Shown: one piece after another, positions 8,474 to 19,080 of the stretch | Layout: each line of letters opens with the position of its first letter | Position numbering within the stretch: position 1 is the first letter of the stretch | Assembly: GCA_963704075.1 (NCBI GenBank) | Contig: CAVPGV010000010.1 | Coordinates: 80,564-144,563 of the forward strand | Origin: an uncultured Actinomycetota bacterium | GTDB lineage: Bacteria; Actinomycetota; Actinomycetes; S36-B12; UBA10799 | Length of the DNA: 64,000 nucleotides | Direction of reading: 5' to 3' | Made by a program: the position numbers and the translations under genes | Notes under the pieces: model-generated | The model's database searches: none | Seen by the model: the letters and a program-made list of their open reading frames with translations, nothing else | What the model was told of the DNA's origin: nothing

Positions 8474-8647
8474 ATCGGGGAGAGTCTGAAGGGCCTGGCG
8501 GCCACGATCTGATGCACAAATGTGGCCTCAGCACTCGCGGAGGTGGTTGCTCGACGACTGTTACCTCGACCTCACGGGCGTGGATTGAATCTGCACGACC
8601 GCGTAACTCAAGGTCACAGGAGGGGACTTCTGCGTGTTTGAGCCGGG
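8474..8647. repeat. local direct repeat, copy A2
   Basis: Second copy of the A1 sequence. It ends about 14 nt into ORF 8634..8846 and carries a GGAGGGG Shine-Dalgarno-like box 9 nt before GTG 8634. Confidence 0.85.
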
Positions 8648-8846
8648 TTCACGATCACGAGCCAAGAAGCGTTCGTTCCAGACCCAAATTGGGGGAGCAT
8701 CCCAACCGTCCGTCCAGCCGATCGGGGAGCACTGGGCCATTCCACGCCCGGACACCGACCAGCGCGGGGTGGGATCGACGGCCAGCCCTGCGCCACCGAT
8801 GCAGCGTGAAACAACCGCGGCCTGCGCGGTGTTGCAAGGAACATGA
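8634..8846 (+). CDS. hypothetical 70-aa ORF upstream of ygfZ (coding status uncertain)
   Basis: GTG 8634 is preceded by ACAGGAGGGG. Its stop TGA (8844-8846) overlaps the ygfZ ATG (8843-8845). No family recognised. Confidence 0.3.
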   Translation: MFEPGSRSRAKKRSFQTQIGGASQPSVQPIGEHWAIPRPDTDQRGVGSTASPAPPMQRETTAACAVLQGT

Positions 8847-9781
8847 CCCATTTCGGCGACCCCTTCCGCGAGCAGAAATCCCTGTCGGCCGGCGAGGGCT
8901 GGGTGGAGTTGGAGGACCGGAGCGTGGTCTCGATGACCGGATCCGACCGAATCCACTGGCTGGACTCACTGACTTCCCATCGCATCGAACCGGGTGCATC
9001 GACGCAGGCCCTCATCCTCGACCCGCACGGACACATCGAGTACGACCTGCACATCGTCGACGACGGCGAGACCACCTGGCTCATCGTCGACAGCGCAACC
9101 GTCGGAAACCTCGTCACGTACCTGGACTCGATGCGGTTCATGGCGGACGTGGCGGTCTCGGATGTCAGTGCCGACCACCACGTCGTGTGGGTGCCGCGGC
9201 GCGAGGTGCACGACGGCCACCCGACGTGGTTGATCCCCCTGGAGTTCGCCGGACTGGGGACGACACCCTCGGGCGAGGACCGAGGCGGCACTGCCGACAA
9301 GTACGTACCCGCGCGACCGGATCGCCTGGTCGGCGCCGAAGTGATCCTGTCCGTCGGCGAGCTGCCCGACGGCCCCCAGTGCGGCTCGTGGGCGTTGAAC
9401 GCTCTGCGCATCGCCGCCGGGATCCCGGTGATCGGTGTCGACTCCGACCACAAGTCCCTTCCCCATGAACTCGGCCTGATCGGCCCGGCGGTGCACCTGG
9501 CCAAGGGTTGCTACCGCGGACAGGAGACCGTTGCCCGACTGCACAACATGGGCCGCCCGCCCCGGCGCCTGGTTCTGCTGCACTTCGATGGCGCACTGCC
9601 AGACCCGGGCACCGAGGTCGTACGCGGCGACAAGGCCGTGGGCCGGCTCACCTCCGCGGCCCAGCACCACGAGCTCGGCCCTATCGGCCTGGCGGTGATC
9701 AAGCGTTCCGTACCGCTGGCAGAGCCCGTCCACGTGGATGGCGTGGTCGCCTCCCAGGAGCAGATCGTCGCCGCCGAGTGA
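8843..9781 (+). CDS. ygfZ: YgfZ/GcvT-like folate-binding protein
   Basis: 312 aa. HFGDPFREQKSL, SMTGSDRIHWLDSLTSH, LNALRIAAGIPVIGVD, KGCYRGQETVARLHNMG. The N-terminus is unusually short and uncertain. Confidence 0.8.
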   Translation: MTHFGDPFREQKSLSAGEGWVELEDRSVVSMTGSDRIHWLDSLTSHRIEPGASTQALILDPHGHIEYDLHIVDDGETTWLIVDSATVGNLVTYLDSMRFMADVAVSDVSADHHVVWVPRREVHDGHPTWLIPLEFAGLGTTPSGEDRGGTADKYVPARPDRLVGAEVILSVGELPDGPQCGSWALNALRIAAGIPVIGVDSDHKSLPHELGLIGPAVHLAKGCYRGQETVARLHNMGRPPRRLVLLHFDGALPDPGTEVVRGDKAVGRLTSAAQHHELGPIGLAVIKRSVPLAEPVHVDGVVASQEQIVAAE

Positions 9782-9831
9782 ACGTGCGCCGCCGAGTGAA
9801 CCCCACTGATTCGACACCCAAGGAGACCCTC

Positions 9832-10062
9832 ATGATCACCATGTACTCGACATCCTGGTGCGGCTACTGCATCCGACTGAAGTCGCAGATGAAGCGCGCC
9901 GGCCTGGCCTTCCAGGAGATCAACATCGAGCAGGATCCGGCTGCCGCCGAGTTCGTCGGCAGCGTCAACGGCGGCAACCACGTCGTACCGACGGTCGTGC
10001 TCCCTGATGGGTCCGCACTGACCAATCCCAGCATCGGGCAACTGCTGTCCGCGGCGAACTGA
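9832..10062 (+). CDS. mrx1: mycoredoxin-1 (glutaredoxin-like, CGYC active site)
   Basis: 76 aa, with AAGGAG 6 nt upstream of ATG 9832. MITMYSTSWCGYCIRLK..AAAEFVGSVNGGNHVVPTV..DGSALTNPS closely matches mycobacterial mycoredoxin-1 as I recall it. Confidence 0.8.
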   Translation: MITMYSTSWCGYCIRLKSQMKRAGLAFQEINIEQDPAAAEFVGSVNGGNHVVPTVVLPDGSALTNPSIGQLLSAAN

Positions 10063-10067
10063 GCCGC

Positions 10068-10778
10068 TCAGGCCCGTCGACTGCGCCGGTAGGGGCTCAC
10101 GTGGGGATCGCTCTCGATCCAGAACCGCCAGAGCCTGTCCGCGGCCTTGCTCACCCCGACCCGCGGACCCCGGCTGAACGTTCCGACGTTCTCCGCGACG
10201 GACAACCGCAGACGTCCCTTTCGAAGGTCCACCCCGCTGTCGGCCGCTGTGACGCCCAGAGCCTGCCCCAGCCGCCCGGGACCGCGTGCCAGCACGTCGC
10301 TGCCTGATCGACGCGCACGCGCGACCTCCACACCCTCCACGACCTCCCCCGCGCGCAGCAGGATGCCACCTCCCACACCTTCTGGATGGCACACCACGTT
10401 GAGGCACCAGTGGACGCCGTAGCTCAGGTAGACGTAGGCGTGTCCCGGCGGGCCGAACATGACGGCGTTCTTGGCCCCCGGTCCACGGAAGGCATGGCTC
10501 GCCGGATCGCGCTGTCCGGCATACGCCTCCACTTCGACGATCCGAACGGTCACGGCATCGTCTCGGATGGTGGCGCCCAGCAGCAACGGGGCAACCTCCT
10601 CGGCCGGACCCGCGAGCGCAGCGAACAGGTCGACGGTCACGTCGACCAGTGTCCCCGAAGCCGTCGGCAACGGTTGGGCAGCGACGGACCGCCGACGAGA
10701 GCCCGACGAGGGGGTCAGGTGATCTTCGAGCTCGCCGCCTGGCCCGATCGCTGCCACCGCGCGTCGAAACTGGGCCAT
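10068..10778 (-). CDS. mpg: DNA-3-methyladenine glycosylase (Mpg/AAG family)
   Basis: APLLLGATI..VRIVEVEAYAGQRDPASHAFRGPGAKNAVMFGPPGHAYVYLSYGVHWCLNVV..ILLRAGEVVEG..LARGPGRLGQALG..GPRVGVS. Start uncertain: ATG 10778 abuts the divergent start at 10777, and a later GTG is possible. Confidence 0.8.
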   Translation of the reverse strand: MAQFRRAVAAIGPGGELEDHLTPSSGSRRRSVAAQPLPTASGTLVDVTVDLFAALAGPAEEVAPLLLGATIRDDAVTVRIVEVEAYAGQRDPASHAFRGPGAKNAVMFGPPGHAYVYLSYGVHWCLNVVCHPEGVGGGILLRAGEVVEGVEVARARRSGSDVLARGPGRLGQALGVTAADSGVDLRKGRLRLSVAENVGTFSRGPRVGVSKAADRLWRFWIESDPHVSPYRRSRRA

Positions 10779-11863
10779 GATGGCGTCGATGACTGAACTC
10801 ACCGATCGCGACGTACTCGGCATGCGACTGGCGAACCTGCGCTTGAGCGTGCCCGGTCGCAGCCCCGCCGACCTCGTGGACTGGTTCGGGGCGATGCAGG
10901 CCCAGGATCTGGCCAGCGGAAAATGGTCGCTGGGTGTGCGCATTCCCGGCAGCAGCGAGGCGGACATCGACGCGGCGCTGGCCGCGGGCGAGGTAATACG
11001 CACCTGGCCGATGCGCGGAACCATTCACTTGATCCACCCGCAGAACGCGCGCTGGATGCTCGAACTCACCGGCTCCCGGGCGCTCATGGGCCTGCGGAAG
11101 CGCTGGGACTACCTCGGGCTGGACCGCAAGACCGTCGACCGGGCCGCGGACGTGCTGGGTGATGCTTTGCGAGGCGGCACGCGGCTCACCCGCGGGCAGT
11201 GCCTGGACGTGTTGTCCGACGCGGGGATCGAGACCGGGCCAGGGCGTTCGTACCACCTCCTGTGGCACACCGCCCAGACCGGGGTGACCTGCATCGGGCC
11301 GAACGAGGGCAAGGAGCAGACCTTCGTCCTGCTCGAGGATTGGGCTCCCGAGCAACGCGCGCCGGACCGGCAGGAGGCGCTGACCCTCATCGCGCAGATG
11401 TACTTCCAAAGCCACGGACCGACCACGCGGGCGGACTTCCAGGGGTGGACCGGCCTGACGGCGACGGATGCGAGAAGCGGCCATCGACCAGGCAGACCTG
11501 CAACGCGCGACTTGGGCCGGCCGGGAGGTCTTCTACGTCGACTCTGAACGCCCAGAACCGCCCAGGGCCCTGCTTCTGCCCGGGTTCGACGAATACATGC
11601 TGGGCTACAAGGACCGCGGGCTGTTCCTCCATCCCGTTGACAGCGACAAGATCGTGCCCGGCGGAAACGGGATGTTCAAGGCGACCGTGGTGGAAAGTGG
11701 GACGGTCGTGGGCACCTGGCATCGGAAGCCTCTGTCCAAGACCCTCAGAGTCACGATCAGCGCGTTCGCACCCCTCACGAAGACAACCCGAAAAGCGATC
11801 GAAACGCGCGCCCACGAGTATGCGTCCTACGCGGGCCGAGCACTCGACCTGCGCTTCGACTGA
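10777..11863 (+). pseudogene. winged-helix DUF1006 protein, YcaQ/AlkZ-type interstrand-crosslink DNA glycosylase; one frame break as sequenced
   Basis: N-part is ORF 10777..11547 (FGAMQAQDLASGKWSLGVR..IRTWPMRGTIHLIHPQ, including the QxQ motif). C-part is ORF 11468..11863 (AAIDQADLQRATWAGREVFYVD..LLLPGFDEYMLGYKDRGLFL..GGNGMFKATVVESGTVVGTWHRK). Removing one A in GCGAGAAGCGG (about 11471-11480) joins ..GLTATDAR to AAIDQ.. Confidence 0.75.
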
Positions 11864-11942
11864 CACCGACCCGGACACGCACGACGCCAGCCTCCCTGAT
11901 CGGGCGCTCGACTGCCGATAGCGTCACCTGCCGGGAGGTCCC

Positions 11943-13079
11943 ATGTCCAAAACCCCGGCCACGCCACCACCCGGTCTCGAACCGGGTGCCTTGAGCGGTC
12001 CCTTGGGCCAATGGATGCGTCGCCCCCTCCCTCCGTGGAGTGCCCACGCCTTCGTCGTCTTCATCCTGCTGGTTCTGACCACGTGGGCGGCGACAACCAT
12101 GCTCGGCCGCGTGCGGTACCTCCTGTGGTGGGGGCTGGTCGCCGCCTTCCTGTATTTCGCGATGGCGCCCGCGGTGGATTGGCTGGTACGCAAAGGACTC
12201 AAGCGGGGCCTGGCCACCGGCGTCGTGATGCTGGGGCTGATCCTCAGTGTCCTGGTCCTGCTGATCGCTATGACGCCGTTGATCGTCAGCGAGACGGAGG
12301 CAATGATCGCGGACGTCCCCGGCATGATCAACAACCTGAAGGACTTCGCCGGCCATTTCGGTGTGAACCTGGACGCACCGGGCACCGGGCAGCAGGCACA
12401 GTCGGCACTGTCGGCCCTCCAGGGGCATCTGCCCGATCTCGCCGGGGGCGCGCTGAGTGTGACCAGCGCCGTGCTCGGTGGCTTGTTCGAGTTCTTCGTG
12501 ATCCTGCTCTTCACGTTCTTCCTGCTGGCCAACCAGGACACGTTCCGACGCTTCCTGCTGTCCCTGATGGCGCCCGGCACCCAGAGCCTGGTCGGCCAGG
12601 CGTGGGACATCGCCGTGTTCAAGACCGGTGGCTACCTGTATTCGCGCATCCTCACCGCGTTCCTGGCGGGTTCCGTCGTGGGAGTGGCACTCTGGCTGCT
12701 CGACTGCCCGTATGCCCTGGCCCTGGCGATCTGGTACGGCCTGGTCTCGCAGTTCCTGCCGATGATCGGCACGTACGTGGCAGCTGCGCTGCCCCTGCTG
12801 ATCCTGCTCACCCGCGACCCCGCCGATGCCCTCATCTTCGTGATCGTGCTCGCCGCCTGGGTGCCGTTCCAGGACTACGTGATCAGCCCACGGGTGTCCG
12901 CCAAGACGATGCAACTCTCGCCGGCCGCCGCCGTGATCTCCCTGCTCATCGGAGGGGCGGTGTTCGGGCCGCTGGGCGCTTTCCTGGCCCTGCCCGCGGC
13001 CGCCGTGATCCAGAGCGTGGCGACCGCCTTCTTCCCGCGCCACACCGTCGTGGAGAGCGCGGCGGTCCGCGGGACCTGA
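11943..13079 (+). CDS. AI-2E family transporter (PerM/UPF0118)
   Basis: 378 aa polytopic membrane protein. LFEFFVILLFTFFLLANQD, GGYLYSRILTAFLAG, PRVSAKTMQLSPAAAVISLLIGGAVFGPLGAFLALPAAAV. Confidence 0.8.
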   Translation: MSKTPATPPPGLEPGALSGPLGQWMRRPLPPWSAHAFVVFILLVLTTWAATTMLGRVRYLLWWGLVAAFLYFAMAPAVDWLVRKGLKRGLATGVVMLGLILSVLVLLIAMTPLIVSETEAMIADVPGMINNLKDFAGHFGVNLDAPGTGQQAQSALSALQGHLPDLAGGALSVTSAVLGGLFEFFVILLFTFFLLANQDTFRRFLLSLMAPGTQSLVGQAWDIAVFKTGGYLYSRILTAFLAGSVVGVALWLLDCPYALALAIWYGLVSQFLPMIGTYVAAALPLLILLTRDPADALIFVIVLAAWVPFQDYVISPRVSAKTMQLSPAAAVISLLIGGAVFGPLGAFLALPAAAVIQSVATAFFPRHTVVESAAVRGT

Positions 13080-13376
13080 ACACCGGCGCGCGAAAAACGC
13101 GGTAGGACAGTCCGGCGTAGCCGCGAACACGGTTGCGACGAACCTCCCCGGCTCTACGCAGAAAGGCTCGGTCAGGCCGCTGCATCACGGGCAATGCGGC
13201 TCTGGCGTGGCACACATCGGTGGGGCAGAACGGCGAATGAACTCGCGAATCACCCCACGCCGGCGGCGGCTCGACGCCTTCGGACGGTGAGCTCGACATC
13301 AGCCGCCTGCGCAGGTGCAGCCGACTCCGGCCGGTGCACGGCCGCGGACCGGGCATGAACTCCCCTCGCCGCGCCG

Positions 13377-13970
13377 CTAGTCCCGGACTGCGAGGACCAC
13401 CGTGTCCAATGCGACCGCCCCATCGACGGGACGCTGGGCCAGTTCGGCCACCTCGATGCGCAACTCCGACAGTGCGTCCACCGTGTTCTCCACCGTGTAG
13501 CAGACCTCGGGATCGGGCGGACCACCGTGACCGTTCTCGACATTGGCCTTGTCATGAGCCACCACGAAGACCGCACCGCCTGGCTGCAGCCACTCGGCGG
13601 CGCGGCGCAGGATCCGGGCCTGGTGCTCGTCGGGAACCTGCAGGTACGACAGCAGAACCAGGTCGACCGCAGTCGTGGGGTGGTATCGGTCGACGTCGCT
13701 GACGACCGTGGCCAGTTCGGCCTGCGCCTCGAAGGCCATCGCGCGGGCTTTGGCGAGTCCCACCTCTGAGAAGTCGACCGCGGTGACGTCCCACCCCTGC
13801 GTGGCCAGCCACACCGCATTGCGGCCCTCGCCGGCGCCGAGGTCTATGGCCGTACCGGGGGTCCGGTCGCTCAAGTACTGCGCCACGAACAGGTTCGGCG
13901 TCGCACTCCAGACCAATTCGGAATCCTGATACCGGTCGTCCCACCCTTGTGCATCCACGCCGCCATTCAA
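13377..13970 (-). CDS. class I SAM-dependent methyltransferase
   Basis: 197 aa. WDDRY, IDLGAGEGRNAVWLATQGWDVTAVDFS (motif I), LQPGGAVFVVAHD. Confidence 0.75.
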   Translation of the reverse strand: MNGGVDAQGWDDRYQDSELVWSATPNLFVAQYLSDRTPGTAIDLGAGEGRNAVWLATQGWDVTAVDFSEVGLAKARAMAFEAQAELATVVSDVDRYHPTTAVDLVLLSYLQVPDEHQARILRRAAEWLQPGGAVFVVAHDKANVENGHGGPPDPEVCYTVENTVDALSELRIEVAELAQRPVDGAVALDTVVLAVRD

Positions 13971-13997
13971 TCAGCCACTCGGACTACCCTGCGAATC

Positions 13998-15616
<1,619 letters not shown>

Positions 15617-15620
<4 letters not shown>

Positions 15621-16249
15621 GTGCGATCGTGCTGGGCGCCGGCCCCGGCCTCGGAATGGCGCTCGCACGCGCCTACGGCCAGACCGGCCGCCCAGTCGCG
15701 ATCGTCGCCCGCCGCCGGGAAGCCGTCGAGGTATACGCGGCATCGCTGACCGGAGTCGACGCGCTCGGGCTCACTGCGGATCTGGGCGATCCGGAAGCGG
15801 TGGCGTCGGTGATCCGCGAGGCCGCAGACCGGCTCGGGGCTCCCGACATCGTCCATTACAACGCCTCGACCATGGTCCAGGGGACTCCCAGCCAGGTGCC
15901 ACTCGCCGGGGTCGAACAGGCCTGGCGGGTGGGTTGTCTGGGGGCATGGGCGGCTTTGCAGGCCTCGGTCCCCGTGATGCCGACCGGATCGGCGTTCTTC
16001 GTCACCGGGGGCGGGCTGGCGCTGGATCCTTGGCCGTCGGCCAGCGCGTTGGCTGCGGCGAAGGCCGCATTGCGCAGCCTGGTGCACTCCGCCGCCAAGG
16101 AACTGACGGACATCCGGGTGGCGATGATCACCGTGTCCGGAGTCATCGCCCAGGACACCGCATTGTCCCCCGACGAGATCGCCCGGCACTTCCTCGGTCT
16201 GCTCGAACAGACCCATCCCGCGGTGGAGACTGTGCTCCCGAGCGCCTAA
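15617..16249 (+). CDS. short-chain dehydrogenase/reductase-like oxidoreductase
   Basis: 210 aa. N-terminal GAGPGLGMALARAYG Rossmann motif. ATGA overlap with the pgm stop. Confidence 0.65.
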
Positions 16250-16250
16250 C

Positions 16251-16664
16251 TTGGTGCGTATGCTTCGCGTGCTGATTCTGCTGGCCCTCGTCGGGTTCGC
16301 CGTGTACGTGGTGCTGAAGCTGGTCAATCAAGCCCCCAACGCCGCCGCGATCCGCACGACGGCCCGACGCGCGGACCAGGCGTTGCCGCCCATCGATGTT
16401 GGCGACTTCGAACAGGCCGCCGCCATTGCCACCGGGCCCGACAAGGGGCTCGGCGTTCTGCGGCTGACGCCGAGCCAACTGATCTTCGCCAGCGGTTCCG
16501 GGCGGATCATCACCATTGAACGTTTCGACATCACCGGCGTCAGCGCCACTACACACCTACCCGACCGGGAGAGCGCCAGACCGGTGCTGGCCGTCACCAC
16601 CCCTGAGAGGTCCCACTACTTCGCCGTCGACGACCCGGCCGCCTGGGAGCGCCGCTTGCTCTGA
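16251..16664 (+). CDS. hypothetical membrane-anchored protein
   Basis: N-terminal TM helix (VLILLALVGFAVYVVL), then a small beta-rich domain. Start is TTG 16251, GTG 16254 or ATG 16260. No family recognised. Confidence 0.5.
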   Translation: MVRMLRVLILLALVGFAVYVVLKLVNQAPNAAAIRTTARRADQALPPIDVGDFEQAAAIATGPDKGLGVLRLTPSQLIFASGSGRIITIERFDITGVSATTHLPDRESARPVLAVTTPERSHYFAVDDPAAWERRLL

Positions 16665-17167
16665 GGGGGAGCGGCCTGGAGTTCCAGGACCATCCTGGTG
16701 TTGCCCAGAGTGTTGGGCCGGACCCGATCCAGGTCCAGGAACTCCGCGACCCCCTCGTCGACCGATTGCAGCAACTCCTCGTACACCCGGGTCTCGACCC
16801 CCCGCTCGTTGAACTCCTCGAAACCGAAGGCCGCGAAGAACTCGGTTTCGAACGTCAGACAGAAGACCCGGCTGACCCCCAGGTCACGGGCCCGTCCGAC
16901 CAGGGCGGCCAGCACAGAGGAACCGATCCCGCGGCGCATCATGTGCGGCAGCACGGCCAGCGTGCGGACCTCGGCGAGGTCCTCCCACATCACATGCAGC
17001 GCCCCGCAGCCCACGATCGCCCCGTCGTCGTCCGCCACGAAGAAGTCGGTCACATCCTCGTACAACGCCACGGTCGCCTTGGAGAGCAACCGGCGGTCCG
17101 GCGCGTACTGGTCGATGAGGGCCCGGATGGTCCGCACATCCGAGGTTCGTGCGGGACGGATCTGCAT
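16616..17167 (-). CDS. short GNAT amino-acid N-acetyltransferase (Rv2747/ArgA-like)
   Basis: 183 aa. IRPARTSDV..GCGALHVMWEDLAEVRTLAV..RRGIGSSVL..VFCLTFETEFFAAFGFEE..GVAEFLDLDRVRPNTLGNTRMV parallels the mycobacterial short N-acetylglutamate synthase as I recall it. Confidence 0.75.
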   Translation of the reverse strand: MQIRPARTSDVRTIRALIDQYAPDRRLLSKATVALYEDVTDFFVADDDGAIVGCGALHVMWEDLAEVRTLAVLPHMMRRGIGSSVLAALVGRARDLGVSRVFCLTFETEFFAAFGFEEFNERGVETRVYEELLQSVDEGVAEFLDLDRVRPNTLGNTRMVLELQAAPPQSKRRSQAAGSSTAK

Positions 17168-17259
17168 GCTTCAAGTGTTCCGCGCGGGGTCGACGGGTTC
17201 GACGGTGGGTGGGCGGATGTGCGGTTGGGCGTCCCGGGACCGCGATCCGCTTCGTGTGC

Positions 17260-17396
17260 CCGCACAACAGCCGTTGGACTTACGCACAACCGTTGGACAA
17301 ACGCACAACCGTGAGGAAAACCGCCCGTTGGACTCGTCTGTACCGGACTCCAACGCCGGTGCCGACTCCCACGCCTGTACCCATCCCGACGCCTGC
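17260..17396. repeat. REP-like nested palindrome of CGTTGGA units, copy E2
   Basis: Forward units: CAACAGCCGTTGGACTTAC, GCACAACCGTTGGACAAAC, GCACAACCGTGAGGAAAAC (decayed), CGCCCGTTGGACTCGT. Reverse units: GACTCCAACGCCGGTGCC, GACTCCCACGCCTGTACC, CATCCCGACGCCTGCC (decayed). Confidence 0.85.
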
Positions 17397-17421
17397 CCGA
17401 CCACGCGTCGCCCGCCGACGC

Positions 17422-18174
17422 TCACCGGTTCTTCTGGAAGACCAACCGCAGGCCGATCAACGTGAGGTCCGGCTCGTGGGCGGTGATGGTGCGCGATTCA
17501 GGCAGCACGATCGGCGCCAGCCCACCGGTGGCGATGACCGCCTCCAGCGCGACCTCTTCGCGGATCCGGTCGACAAGGCCGTCCACCTGACCGGCGAACC
17601 CGTACAAGGCGCCGGATTGCAGCGCCTCGACGGTGTTCTTGCCGATCACCGAACGGGGCGCGACGAGTTCCACCTTTCGCAAGGCCGCAGCCCTCGAAGC
17701 GAGCGCATCGAGCGAGATCTCGATGCCCGGGGCCAGCGCGCCGCCCAGGAACTCCCCCTTCGCAGACACCACGTCGAGGTTGGTGGAGGTCCCGAAGTCC
17801 ACCACGACGCACGGCCCGCCGTAGAGCGCGTGCGCGGCCAGCGTGTTGACGATGCGGTCCGCGCCGACCTCTTTGGGGTTGTCGGTCAGGATCGGCACAC
17901 CGGTCTTGGTGCCCGGCTCGACGATGACGGTGCGCACATCCGGGTAGTACTCACTGATCATCCACCGGATCTCGCGCAGCACCGCGGGCACGGTGGAACA
18001 CAGGGCGATGCCGTCGATGTCCGGCTCACCGCGCAGCAGTGCGCGGAACATGATGTACATCTCGTCGGCCGTAGCCCGGGGGTCGGTCTTCACACGGAAC
18101 GACCGGTGCAGATCCTCACCGTCGAACATGCCGAGCACCGTGTTCGTGTTCCCGATGTCAATCGTGAGCAGCAT
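17422..18174 (-). CDS. coaX: type III pantothenate kinase
   Basis: Start at MLLTIDIGNTNTVLG (18174). DIGNTN, VVVDFGTSTN, GGALAPG and ATGGLA motifs. Confidence 0.9.
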   Translation of the reverse strand: MLLTIDIGNTNTVLGMFDGEDLHRSFRVKTDPRATADEMYIMFRALLRGEPDIDGIALCSTVPAVLREIRWMISEYYPDVRTVIVEPGTKTGVPILTDNPKEVGADRIVNTLAAHALYGGPCVVVDFGTSTNLDVVSAKGEFLGGALAPGIEISLDALASRAAALRKVELVAPRSVIGKNTVEALQSGALYGFAGQVDGLVDRIREEVALEAVIATGGLAPIVLPESRTITAHEPDLTLIGLRLVFQKNR

Positions 18175-19080
18175 TCCGCACCTCCAAAAGTTGTTCCCCC
18201 ACGTGGCGAGCAGGCTCATCCATCGGCAGAGGCACCTCCCGCAGGTCGGCGCCGATGTCCAGCACCTTCACCGAGTGTGTCAACGCTCCCACCGCGACGT
18301 AGTCGACGCCGGTCGTGGCGACCTCCGCCGCGTTGGCGAACGTCAGACCCCCGGAGGCCTCGAGCCGGGCACGTCCTCCGGTCAGTTCCACCGCCTGCCG
18401 CATCTGTTCGACGGTGAAGTTGTCGAGCAGGACGAGGTCGGCGCCGGCCTCGAGCACCTCCTCGAGCTGCTCGAGGGAGTCAACCTCGACCTCGACCGCG
18501 GTGCCGGGGAACTGCTCGCGCACCGCTCGGAAGGCCGCCGCCACGCCACCGGCGGCGACCACGTGGTTGTCCTTGATCAGGGCGGCGTCCGACAGCGACA
18601 TCCGGTGGTTCACCCCGCCCCCGCAGCGGACCGCGTACTTCTGCAGCGCCCGCAAGCCGGGCAGGGTCTTGCGGGTATCGCGCACCCGCGGGCCGTCCGG
18701 GCCGAGCACCTCGGCCCACCGCGCGGTGGCTGTCGCGATCCCGGAGAGGTGGGTGAGCAGATTCAGGGCCGTGCGTTCGGCGGTGAGCAGGTCACGGGTG
18801 GGGCCCTGGGCGCTGAGCAGAACCTCCCCCGCGGTGATCGCCCGCCCGTCGCGGGTGTGCAGCGTGACGTCGATCGGACCGACGGTCTCGAACACCCGGC
18901 GGGCGACATCCAGTCCCGCCACGACCCCGGGCTCCCGGGCCACCAGATCGAGTTGGGAGCGGTGATCCGTCGGGGATCGTGGCCAGTGACGTCACATCCG
19001 GGCCGTCGGCGAGATCCTCGGCCAACCCGGCGCTGGATGACCCGGTCCACCTCGGAATCGGCAACACCCTCGATGCTCAC
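18158..19080 (-). pseudogene. nadC: nicotinate-nucleotide diphosphorylase (carboxylating), frame interrupted twice as sequenced
   Basis: Three frames. First: VSIEGVADSEVDRVIQR from GTG 19080 (GTGA overlap with the nadB stop). Second: GLAEDLADGPDVTSLATIPDGS (frame of ORF 18792..19067). Third: RSQLDLVAREPGVVAGLDV..TAERTALNLLTHLSGIATAT..DTRKTLPGLRALQKYAVRCGGGVNHR..EVEVDSLEQL..LLDNF..GVDYVAVGALTHS (ORF 18158..18943). The switches are near 19025-19032 and 18958-18966, and each is repaired by removing one base. Confidence 0.85.

Noticed and set aside
9511-11484. Very long ORFs antisense to, or out of frame with, recognised genes (also 11775-13130, 34423-35370, 52796-54349, 59472-61646, 6038-6910)
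   Set aside because: These are typical high-GC shadow ORFs. They have Arg/Pro/Gly-rich, low-complexity translations and overlap genes with clear family signatures on the other strand or frame.
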